A DNA stretch of 64,000 nucleotides from Haliotis cracherodii (lineage: Eukaryota): contig NW_027266286.1 of the NCBI RefSeq assembly GCF_022045235.1, positions 1,191,856 through 1,255,855 of the forward strand, given 5' to 3'. The notes under the pieces were generated by a model. It worked only from the letters and a program-made list of their open reading frames with translations. It made no database searches and was not told the DNA's origin. The translations under genes and the position numbers were made by a program. Shown here piece by piece: positions 36,620 to 47,450 of the stretch. Within the stretch, counting starts at the first letter, position 1; each line of letters starts with the position of its first letter.

Positions 36620-37260
36620 TTATGTGTTAGCTGGGTGATCATGATGATGATGACAATGATGATGTTGACGATGATGACCCTGTTTATGACAGTGATGATC
36701 ATGTTGATGATGATGATGATGATGTTGACGATGATGACCCTGTTTATGACAGTGATGATCATGTTGATGATAATGATCATGATCATGTTGACGATGATGA
36801 CCCTGTTTATGACAGTGATGATCATGTTGATGATGTTGATGATGATCATGTTGACGATAATGACCCTGTTTATGCAAGTGATGATCATGTTGATGATGAT
36901 GATGATGATCATCATGTTGACGATGATGACCCTGTTTATGACAGTGATGATCATGTTGATGATGATGATCATCATCATGTTGACGATGATGACCCTGTTT
37001 ATGACAGTGATCATGTTGATGATGATGATGATGATCATGTTGACGATGATGACCCTGTTTATGACAGTGATGATCATGTTGATGATGATGATCATCATCA
37101 TGTTGACGATGATGACCCTGTTTATGACAGTGATGATCATGTTGATGATGATGATGATGATGATGATGTTGACGATGATGACCCTGTTTATGACAGTGAT
37201 GATCATGTTGATGATGATGACAATAATGATGATGATGATGATGATGATGATGATCTGTTG
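36620..37260. repeat. About 60-bp array of (GAT)n + gttgacgatgatgaccctgtttatgacagtgatgatcatgtt, running to 3 bp before the exon H acceptor
   Basis: Right-hand terminal repeat of the GIY-YIG element. The poly-His minus-strand ORF 36620..37348 is an artefact. Confidence 0.85.
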
Positions 37261-37263
37261 CAG

Positions 37264-37355
37264 GTGGGCGGCGGCGAGATGCGGACTGGATCAAGGTCCA
37301 TGCTGACCAGGAGTATGTGCTGCAGGTCGACCTGGCCCGAGTTAACAAGACCCGG
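37264..37355 (+). CDS. SNRNP200: SNRNP200 exon; (G)GRRRDADWIKVHADQEYVLQVDLARVNKTR
   Basis: Acceptor ctgttgcag|gt lies directly after an intronic (GAT)n array with a weak pyrimidine tract. Donor CGG|gtgagt. Phase is consistent with both flanking exons. Corresponds to human GGPVVVLVQLEREEEV. Confidence 0.75.
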
Positions 37356-38195
37356 GTGAGTCCTGTACTACATCAAGTAGCCCAGTGGCGTAGACGTCCA
37401 TTATGGAGCAGATGAAGATGTCAAATACATCGTCATGAACATGCTTTTGTCAGCATCAGCCTGTTCATTGAGACATGTTCATTGAGACATGTTCATTGAG
37501 ACACTGGGAGAAGCTGCCTCCACAGGGTTCCTTGTCAAAATCTGTTATTCCAACAGATGCTGTAAATCTTGAAATTATTGCATCTCCAAATTAATACGAC
37601 TGCTGACCCCTAGCAAAAAATGCGACTCTAAATCAATGCGACTCCTCCAACCCCATTCCCATGATACATACATATTTACCTTAATCCAATCAAACGGCAA
37701 ACAGCAAACAGCACTGTATAGAGCACTTCCATAAAACAATAAACACTGTTTTCCTAAAAACAACACACAGTTTATATGTTTACTCTGTTGACTGGCATTA
37801 AAGAAGTTCAAAGGCCATAAAATAATTGAACCAACAGTTCACTGATTGATATGCGGAGACGGTGTTAATCAGCTTGACACGAGTGGATACAACTCTTGAC
37901 CCCAGCACTGATAACTCACCAGATGCCTGTTGTTTAATTCCTATTCTTTGAATGACATTGTTTGGACTTGTTACAACTGCTGCTCAATAAACAGTGTTTG
38001 CGTATATATTCAAGTCGGAATTTCCACTATCCAAATTAACTATGCGAAGTTAATTAATGGGAGCAAAAACCACATTTTTTTAAAATTAATTCACGCTCGC
38101 GTTAATTTCAAGATTTACAGTAACTGATAATGTTGGACAGCGTAAAACCCAACTAACTCACTCTCTCATTAAAAGCCAATAATTTGTTACTTCAG

Positions 38196-38519
38196 AAATA
38201 CGACACCAAGGCCCACAGTCCACGGTTCCCGAAGCCGAAGGACGAAGGCTGGATGCTGGTTGTGGGCGAGGTGGAGACCAAGGAACTCATCGCCCTCAAG
38301 CGGATGGGGTACGTGCGGAGTCGCTCCAAGGCCCAGCTCGCTCTGTACACCCCGGAGACGGTGGGGCGTGTCATCTACACCCTCTACCTGATGAGCGACG
38401 CCTACCTTGGTCTTGACCAGCAATACGACATCTGTCTGGACGTTGTGCCATCCAGCATCGAGACACAGGTCAACACGGAGCTCAAGGAGGAACTAGATGG
38501 GCTTGATTTTGATAGCTGA
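38196..38519 (+). CDS. SNRNP200: SNRNP200 terminal coding exon; KYDTKAHSPRFPKPKDEGWMLVVGEVETKELIALKRMGYVRSRSKAQLALYTPETVGRVIYTLYLMSDAYLGLDQQYDICLDVVPSSIETQVNTELKEELDGLDFDS*
   Basis: Acceptor ttgttacttcag|aaa; TGA stop at 38517-38519. Matches the human C-terminus [51 protein letters not shown]. 3'UTR follows; a candidate AATAAA sits at 39038-39043 (low confidence). Confidence 0.9.
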   Translation, partial: KYDTKAHSPRFPKPKDEGWMLVVGEVETKELIALKRMGYVRSRSKAQLALYTPETVGRVIYTLYLMSDAYLGLDQQYDICLDVVPSSIETQVNTELKEELDGLDFDS

Positions 38520-40269
38520 AAATATCTGGTATGATTGGATGAACATGAAGTTGGCTTCAGGAGAAAGAGTGTGCAACAATGTTGAATGGACTTGAATGTT
38601 GCCGGGAAACTGATGTGTCTTCTGTGAACATTCCACTCTGCTAACTTCCTCGACCGACATTTCTCGGAAGGCTTTATGTCTGGTTGAGTGAGTCCTGCAA
38701 GTCACCACGTTGCACCACACGTAGATGTTTACAGCAAAACCTCGCCAGTTCAGAGCTCATCGTCCGGAAACCTTTGGATGAATATTTTCCTTTTCTCTTT
38801 TTTTTTCTCTAGCATAAACATATTTATTTAATTTCTATTCAAACTACATGGGTTTTTTACACCTTTGTGACAGAGATATTATAGTGAGTTGTACACCTCT
38901 GATTCAGCCAAGTTCAATCAGGTCATGTTGTGTCGTGTGTGGGGGGGTTGAGGGAACATGTTTACATGTATACATGTCCATCATCTCACTGGGGTATTGT
39001 GCTGCTGAATCTCGGATCTATACAAGGCTTAAGATAAAATAAAAGAATCTGTTCTCAGTCAATGACTTTTGAAAATATAGTGCGGCGGGCGGATGGTTGG
39101 GCGTTTTTTTTGGTTTTTTTCGCTTGTTCAAACTAGTATGTAACCAAATAAACAGTTGTGTACCATCAACCTGGGAAAGAGCCTCCCAACATAAACAAAC
39201 ATACAAACTCCTATGGCCGCCATGACCAGTAAAGCAGTGCACATGTAAAGGGAAGTAACTGTGTGCTATATTAGATCGCATTGTGTTTAAGTAATAGGAT
39301 TTTTTGAAAATTGAAATAAAAACGAAACATGTGGCGGACTTCATGTGGGTGTGGGCTTTGCCTGAGAACCAAGACTATTATTTTTTTTAGCCCAATGTCC
39401 ATAGTTCAAATCCCATGAGGCGTGTGAGAAATGCTCTGGCCGTAGTACATCATAATATTTGATGTCTGATTTCACACTTGTCATCATGTATTATGTGATA
39501 TTTCTCTAGATGTTATGATGTGATTTCAACATTGAAATGCAAAGTGTTAACCCAGAAATGGGAACATACAGAACGAAAGTGTGAAATCAGTCAATGCTCA
39601 CACAAAATCAATGACCAATCAACAAGTTATATGGAAACACCCAACTTTAGGTTTAGAATCCACAAGGTGATACAAGAGGCAGGAGCAATGGGGGACAGGC
39701 CCTAGAATTAATGTCAGTGCACTCACAGATTATCAGAATATTGTCACCAGACCCTATGGCAGCCATGCCCGTTTGAGTGGCACAAGAGCCTAAAGTAACG
39801 TTTACAAATTTGGTTAGATCCACAATCTGCTGATTTACCAAGGATCATAATAATAGGTAATGAGATTTAAACAATAGGATCCTGCATGCCCAAGGGATGC
39901 AACTCTGCATATTGTCATGTCACTTTATCGTAGGGTAGCACAATACATGTTGTATCTTGGGGATGACATAGTGCTATTGCCACCCTCGATATCATTGCAG
40001 CCCTGACGTGGTGACAATCGATATTCTAGGATATCACATCGAGAAACTAAGAGATTCAATGATTCAACTGTTACAATATATATGATCAGTGATTCAATTG
40101 TTTGAGTGTACATGATCACTGATTCAACAATTCAATGTTTGAGTGGAAATAATGAGTCTATGGTTAGCATGTGATTGAGAGCTGTACAAATGTTTTATAA
40201 ATGTACATTTTGTAAAACATGCAATAAAATGTATTTAAAAAGAAACATCCTTTTTAACTTGTTTTGTAG

Positions 40270-40504
40270 TGAATGGGTGAGACGGTTTAACGCCACTTTG
40301 AACAGTATTTCAGTTATATCAAAGACCGAAGTGATGCAGGTCTCGGACGTTTGAAAAACCCATGAGCACAGGTATGGTGCTGACAAACCTAGCAACAAAT
40401 TCGGGCCAAACCGGGATTCGAACCCACAATCATAGGTTTCTGGCGTGCCTAAGGGACACAACTCTGCCCAGCGTATTGCGGCGTCTTAGATGACTGGGCC
40501 ACCT
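40270..40504 (-). mobile_element. SINE family B copy in the SNRNP200 3' flank
   Basis: Collinear with 8061-8332 (..gaaaaacccatgagcacaggtatggtgctgacaaacctagcaac..cgggattcgaacccacaatcataggtttctggcgtgcctaagggacacaactctgc..). Confidence 0.55.
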
Positions 40505-40685
40505 TTCTGGTCCTGGAGCCAAGATTAGACTGTGAGGAGGGTGAAGGAGTTAGTCAGTCCAGTGATCAACCGTCCACGTTGATGGGGTACAATGGCGCAA
40601 TCAAGCAAGTCACCATGTCTGACCACCATTTGGGTGCCTCTTACGACCGTCATAGGTTGCTGGGGACCAATTCTAACCCGGAATC

Positions 40686-40830
40686 GGGGCGGTGGGGTAG
40701 TCTAGTATTTAAAGCATTCACTCGTCACGCCAAAGACCTGGGTTCTGTTCCCCACATGGGTACAATGTGTGAAGCCCATTTCTGGTGTCCCCCACCATGA
40801 CATTGCTAAAAGCGGCATAAAATCAGACTC
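40686..40830 (+). mobile_element. SINE family A copy immediately 5' of the 24-bp mega-array
   Basis: cggggcggtggggtagtctagtatttaaagc..ctgggttctgttcccc..ggtacaatgtgtgaagcccatttctggtgtccccc..attgctaaaagcggcataaaatc. Confidence 0.55.
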
Positions 40831-40894
40831 GCTATATGACAAACCTGGAATATATCCATTTCATGAGTTTACTGAGGCACTCAAAAGCATATTT

Positions 40895-43800
40895 AAGTAT
40901 CCCCTCTACAATTAAGTGTGCCCACAAGCCTACAATTAACTGTGCCCACAAGACTACAATTAAGTGTGCCCACAAGACTACAATTAAGTGTGCCCACAAG
41001 CCTACAATTAAGTGTGCCCACAAGCCTACAATTAAGTGTGCCCACAAGCCAACAATTAAGTGTGCCCACAAGACTACAATTAAGTGTGCCCACAAGCCAA
41101 CAATTAAGTGTGCCCACAAGCCAACAATTAAGTGTGCCCACAAGACTACAATTAAGTGTGCCCACAAGCCAACAATTAAGTGTGCCCACAAGCCAACAAT
41201 TAAGTGTGCCCACAAGCCAACAATTAAGTGTGCCCACAAGCCTACAATTAAGTGTGACCACAAGACTACAATTAAGTGTGCCCACAAGACTACAATTAAG
41301 TGTGCCCACAAGACTACAATTAAGTGTGCCCACAAGCCTACACTTAAGTGTGCCCACAAGCCTACAATTAAGTGTGCCCACAAGCCAACAATTAAGTGTG
41401 CCCACAAGCAAACAATTAAGTGTGCCCACAAGCCAACAATTAAGTGTGCCCACAAGCCAACAATTAAGTGTGCCCACAAGACTACAATTAAGTGTGCCCA
41501 CAAGCCTACAATTAAGTGTGCCCACAAGCCAACAATTAAGTGTGCCCACAAGACTACAATTAAGTGTGCCCACAAGCCAACAATTAAGTGTGCCCACAAG
41601 CCAACAATTAAGTGTGCCCACAAGCCTACAATTAAGTGTGCCCACAAGCCTACAATTAAGTGTGCCCACAAGACTACAATTAAGTGTGCCCACAAGCCTA
41701 CAATTAAGTGTGCCCACAAGCCTACAATTAAGTGTGCCCACAAGCCTACACTTAAGTGTGCCCACAAGACTACAATTAAGTGTGCCCACAAGCCAACAAT
41801 TAAGTGTGCCCACAAGCCAACAATTAAGTGTGCCCACAAGCCAACAATTAAGTGTGCCCACAAGACTACAATTAAGTGTGCCCACAAGCCAACAATTAAG
41901 TGTGCCCACAAGCCAACAATTAAGTGTGCCCACAAGACTACAATTAAGTGTGCCCACAAGCCAACAATTAAGTGTGCCCACAAGCCAACAATTAAGTGTG
42001 CCCACAAGCCAACAATTAAGTGTGCCCACAAGCCTACAATTAAGTGTGCCCACAAGCCTACAATTAAGTGTGCCCACAAGCCAACAATTAAGTGTGCCCA
42101 CAAGACTACAATTAAGTGTGCCCACAAGACTATGATTAAGTGTGCCCACAAGCCTACAATTAAGTGTGCCCACAAGCCTACAATTAAGTGTGCCCACAAG
42201 CCTACAATTAAGTGTGCCCACAAGACTACAATTAAGTGTGCCCACAAGCCTTCAATTAAGTGTGCCCACAAGCCTACAATTAAGTGTGCCCACAAGACTA
42301 CAATTAAGTGTGCCCACAAGACTACAATTAAGTGTGCCCACAAGCCTACACTTAAGTGTGCCTACAAGCCTACAATTAAGTGTGCCCACAAGCCTACAAT
42401 TAAGTGTGCCCACAAGCCTACAATTAAGTGTGCCCACAAGCCTTCAATTAAGTGTGCCCACAAGCCTACAATTAAGTGTGCCCACAAGACTACAATTAAG
42501 TGTGCCCACAAGACTACAATTAAGTGTGCCCACAAGCCTACAATTAAGTGTGCCCACAAGGCTACAATTAAGTGTGCCAACAAGACTATGATTAAGTGTG
42601 CCCACAAGACTACAATTAAGTGTGCCCTCTACAATTAAGTGTGCCCACAAGACTACAATTAAGTGTGCCCACAAGACTACAATTAAGTGTGCCCACAAGA
42701 CTACAATTAAGTGTGCCCACAAGACTACAATTAAGTGTGCCCACAAGCCTACAATTACGTGTGCCCACAAGACTACAATTAAGTGTGCCCACAAGCCAAC
42801 AATTAAGTGTGCCCACAAGCCTACAATTAAGTGTGCCCACAAGCCTACAATTAAGTGTGCCCACAAGACTACAATTAAGTGTGCCCACAAGACTACAATT
42901 AAGTGTGCCCACAAGACTATGATTAAGTGTGCCCACAAGACTATGATTAAGTGTGCCCACAAGCCTACAATTAGGTGTGCCCACAAGACTACAATTAAGT
43001 GTGCCCACAAGACTATGATTAAGTGTGCCCACAAGCCTACAATTAAGTGTGCCCACAAGACTACAATTAAGTGTGCCCACAAGACTATGATTAAGTGTGC
43101 CCACAAGACTACAATTAAGTGTGCCCACAAGCTTACAATTAAGTGTGCCCACAAGCCTACAATTAAGTGTGCCCACAAGCCAACAATTAAGTGTGCCCAC
43201 AAGCCAACAATTAAGTGTGCCAACAAGCCTACAATTAAGTGTGCCCACAAGCCAACAATTAAGTGTGCCCACAAGACTACAATTAAGTGTGCCCACAAGC
43301 CAACAATTAAGTGTGCCCACAAGCCAACAATTAAGTGTGCCCACAAGCCAACAATTAAGTGTGCCCACAAGATTATGATTAAGTGTGCCCACAAGCCAAC
43401 AATTAAGTGTGACCACAAGACTACAATTAAGTGTGCCCACAAGCCAACAATTAAGTGTGACCACAAGACTACAATTAAGTGTGCCCACAAGCCAACAATT
43501 AAGTGTGACCACAAGACTACAATTAAGTGTGCCCACAAGCCAACAATTAAGTGTGCCCACAAGCCTACAATTAAGTGTGCCCACAAGCCTACAATTAAGT
43601 GTGCCCACAAGCCTACAATTAAGTGTGCCCACAAGCCAACAATTAAGTGTGACCACAAGACTACAATTAAGTGTGCCCACAAGACTACAATTAAGTGTGC
43701 CCACAAGACTATGATTAAGTGTGCCCACAAGACTATGATTAAGTGTGCCCACAAGCCTACAATTAAGTGTGCCCACAAGACTACAATTAAGTGTGCCCAC

Positions 43801-45810
43801 AAGCCAACAATTAAGTGTGCCCACAAGACTACAATTAAGTGTGCCCACAAGCCTACAATTAAGTGTGCCCACAAGCCTACAATTAAGTGTGCCCACAAGC
43901 CTACAATTAAGTGTGCCCACAAGCCAACAATTAAGTGTGCCCACAAGACTACGATTAAGTGTGCCCACAAGCCTACAATTAAGTGTGCCCACAAGACTAC
44001 AATTAAGTGTGCCCACAAGCCAACAATTAAGTGTGACCACAAGACTACAATTAAGTGTGCCCACAAGCCAACAATTAAGTGTGACCACAAGACTACAATT
44101 AAGTGTGCCCACAAGCCAACAATTAAGTGTGCCCACAAGACTATGATTAAGTGTGCCCACAAGCCTACAATTAAGTGTGCCCACAAGACTACAATTAAGT
44201 GTGCCCACAAGCCAACAATTAAGTGTGACCACAAGACTACAATTAAGTGTGCCCACAAGCCTACAATTAAGTGTGACCACAAGACTACAATTAAGTGTGC
44301 CCACAAGCCAACAATTAAGTGTGCCCACAAGCCTACAATTAAGTGTGCCCACAAGACTACAATTAAGTGTGCCCACAAGCCTACAATTAAGTGTGCCCAC
44401 AAGACTACAATTAAGTGTGCCCACAAGACTATGATTAAGTGTGCCCACAAGACTATGATTAAGTGTGCCCACAAGCCTACAATTAAGTGTGCCCACAAGA
44501 CTACAATTAAGTGTGCCCACAAGCCAACAATTAAGTGTGCCCACAAGACTACAATTAAGTGTGCCCACAAGCCTACAATTAAGTGTGCCCACAAGACTAC
44601 AATTAAGTGTGCCCACAAGACTATGATTAAGTGTGCCCACAAGACTACAATTAAGTGTGCCCACAAGCCTACAATTAAGTGTGCCCACAAGACTACAATT
44701 AAGTGTGCCCACAAGCCAACAATTAAGTGTGCCCACAAGCCAACAATTAAGTGTGCCCACAAGACTATGATTAAGTGTGCCCACAAGCCTACAATTAAGT
44801 GTGCCCACAAGCCAACAATTAAGTGTGCCCACAAGACTATGATTAAGTGTGCCCACAAGCCAACAATTAAGTGTGCCCACAAGCCAACAATTAAGTGTGC
44901 CCACAAGACTACGATTAAGTGTGCCCACAAGCCTACAATTAAGTGTGCCCACAAGACTACAATTAAGTGTGCCCACAAGCCAACAATTAAGTGTGACCAC
45001 AAGACTACAATTAAGTGTGCCCACAAGCCAACAATTAAGTGTGACCACAAGACTACAATTAAGTGTGCCCACAAGCCAACAATTAAGTGTGCCCACAAGA
45101 CTATGATTAAGTGTGCCCACAAGCCTACAATTAAGTGTGCCCACAAGACTACAATTAAGTGTGCCCACAAGCCAACAATTAAGTGTGCCCACAAGCCAAC
45201 AATTAAATGTGCCCACAAGACTATGATTAAGTGTGCCCACAAGCCAACAATTAAGTGTGCCCACAAGACTATGATTAAGTGTGCCCACAAGCCTACAATT
45301 AAGTGTGCCCACAAGACTACAATTAAGTGTGCCCACAAGCCTACAATTAAGTGTGCCCACAAGACTACAATTAAGTGTGCCCACAAGACTACAATTAAGT
45401 GTGCCCTCTACAATTAAGTGTGCCCACAAGACTACAATTAAGTGTGCCCACAAGCCTACAATTAAGTGTGCCCACAAGACTATGATTAAGTGTGCCCACA
45501 AGCCAACAATTAAGTGTGCCCACAAGACTACAATTAAGCGTGCCCACAAGCCTACAATTAAGTGTGCCCTCTACAATTAAGTGTGCCCACAAGCCTACAA
45601 TTAAGTGTGCCCACAAGCCTACAATTAAGTGTGCCCACAAGACTATGATTAAGTGTGCCCACAAGCCAACAATTAAGTGTGCCCACAAGCCAACAATTAA
45701 GCGTGCCCACAAGCCTACAATTAAGTGTGCCCTCTACAATTAAGTGTGCCCACAAGCCTACAATTAAGCGTGCCCACAAGCCTACAATTAAGTGTGCCCA
45801 CAAGAAGAAT
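40895..45810. repeat. 24-bp minisatellite acaattaagtgtgcccacaagMMt (about 200 units, 4.9 kb) with higher-order punctuation by gtgccctctacaattaag
   Basis: Punctuation units at about 40895, 42625, 45404, 45567 and 45731. Flanked by SINE-A (5') and SINE-D (3'). All six frames are open (900+ aa artefactual ORFs on both strands). Confidence 0.9.
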
Positions 45811-45892
45811 TTTGGATCCATTGCAAACTCTATGAATGCCTTTTCCCCATAAAGATTAGCTGTTATTGACCCAGACAAGGGACTGAACTTTA

Positions 45893-45995
45893 CTTGCTTG
45901 TTTGTTGTTTAACACCGCACTCGGCAATATTCCAGCTATATGACGGTGGTCTGTAAATAATCGAGTCTGGGCCAGACAATCCAGTGATTGACTAC
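45893..45995 (-). mobile_element. SINE-like family D (core ..gcggacttgtagtcaatcactggattgtctggcccagactcgattatttacagaccaccgtcatat.. + shared tail module)
   Basis: Copies at about 290-415(+) and 46760-46880(-); the last is continuous with the 54-bp array. Shares the ..ctggaatattgcYaaRagcggYgttaaac tail with families A and B. Confidence 0.4.
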
Positions 45996-46435
45996 AAGTC
46001 CGCTTGAAAACATCACTACTTCAAAGTCAATACTCATTAAAGAAAACCATATTTGAAAAGATTACTTTTATTCTATTAAATATCCAAAAAGTTAAAAAAA
46101 TATAATTAGCTAAACATGAAATATCTAGATAAATAACTGATTCAAACAGTAGAACATCACAGTGAATATTATCTAACACATTCATCAAACAATGCTGGCC
46201 TCACTCACATTCAGGTAGCAGCCACAAGTTGTCACAAAATTGAAAAAACAAAACAGGACTACAAAAACAACATATATCTGTATTGTCTACAAGTAACAAA
46301 AGCACTACAAAATGTTCACTCATCAGGAACGCTGTGAAGTGTCATCCATCTAGAAATCGTCACACTTGAGTTCAACTGACATCGCAAATAAACAGAATTT
46401 TTTTGTGAATGTTTTTTTCTCTTCCCTTCAATTTT

Positions 46436-46590
46436 AGGGTTGGTTGGGTAGCCTAGTGGTTAAAGCGTTCGCTCGTTGGTTCGATTCCTGACATGGGTAC
46501 AATGTGTGAAGCCCATTTCTGGTGTCCCCTGCCATGATATTGCTGGAATATTGCTAAAAGCGGCGTAAAACCATACTCACTCCCTCACTC
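46436..46590 (+). mobile_element. SINE family A copy (internal deletion)
   Basis: gggttggttgggtagcctagtggttaaagcgttcgctcgttggttcgattcctgacatgggtacaatgtgtgaagcc..ttgctaaaagcggcgtaaaaccatactcactccctcactc. Confidence 0.55.
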
Positions 46591-46874
46591 TTCAAATTTA
46601 CCGTCTTTTCTGTCGCCTGCCTTCTATTGGAAGTCGGCCATCACTTGTCCTTACTGCAACAATTACTGCAGTTAGATATCTTAACATGTACTGTCCATTC
46701 TCTTTATGACTGACTGAAATAGTTCTGTGGAAAATTATTTGACCATTATGACACTAGTTGTTTGTTTGCTGTTTAACTTTCCAATATTCAAGCTACATGA
46801 TGGTGGTCTGTAAGCAGCTGAGTCTGGACCAGACAATCCAGTGATTGATATTGTGATCAACATCCCACAATGAC

Positions 46875-47450
46875 TTGACCTCCCGATCCGCTATGTCATC
46901 TCTAACGCCCAGTGTAGGTTGCTGTGACCTGACAACCCGATCCACTAAGTCGTCTCTAACGCCCAGCGTAGGTTGCTGTGACTTGACAACCCGATCCACT
47001 AAGTCGTCTCTTACACTCAGCGTAGGTTGCTGTGACCTGACAACCCGATCCACTAAGTCGTCTTTTATGCCCAGCGTAGGTTGCTGTGACCTGACAACCC
47101 GATCCACTAAGTCGTCTCTTATGCCCAGCGTAGGTTGCTGTGACCTGACAACCCGATCCACTAAGTCGTCTCTTACGCCAAGCGTAGGTTGCTGTGACCT
47201 GACAACCCAATCCACTAAGTCGTCTCTTACACCCAGCGTAGGTTGCTGTGACTTGACAACCCGATCCACTAAGTCGTCTCTTACACCCAGCGTAGGTTGC
47301 TGTGACCTAACAACCCGATCCACTAAGTCGTCTCTAACGCCCAGCGTAGGTTGCTGTGACCTGACAACCTGACAACCCGATCCACTAAGTCGTCTCTTAC
47401 ACCCAGCGTAGGTTGCTGGGACCTGACAACCCGATCCACTAAGTCGTTGC
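46875..47450. repeat. 54-bp minisatellite continuous with the 3' portion of a SINE-D copy
   Basis: Unit ..cccagcgtaggttgctgtgacctgacaacccgatccactaagtcgtctcttaca. The first unit is part of the SINE at 46760-46880. Confidence 0.8.

Larger units (their letters stand above)
33050..37260 (-). mobile_element. Degraded mobile element carrying a GIY-YIG endonuclease-domain ORF, flanked by direct repeats (33050-33350 and 36300-37260), inside the SNRNP200 intron
   Basis: The (GAT)n..ccctgtttaYgacagtgatgatcat modules plus aacattttg-rich segments occur at both ends in the same orientation. Internal frameshifted ORFs lie at 35403..33939. Penelope-like affiliation is inferred from GIY-YIG only; no RT motifs found. 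Confidence 0.45.

Noticed and set aside
36590-37348. Poly-His ORF 36620..37348 (-) and poly-Met ORF 36590..37306 (+)
   Set aside because: They are translations of the (GAT)n/(ATC)n array in the SNRNP200 G-H intron. The minus ORF would be antisense to exon H. It is a repeat artefact.
40832-45878. Very long ORFs on both strands (e.g. 42444..45386 - 980 aa, 42598..45417 + 939 aa, 42616..45549 - 977 aa, 40836..42638 + 600 aa)
   Set aside because: All lie in the 24-bp array. A unit length divisible by 3 with no stop in any frame makes every frame open. The 8-aa periodic low-complexity translation and the simultaneous openness of both strands argue against coding.
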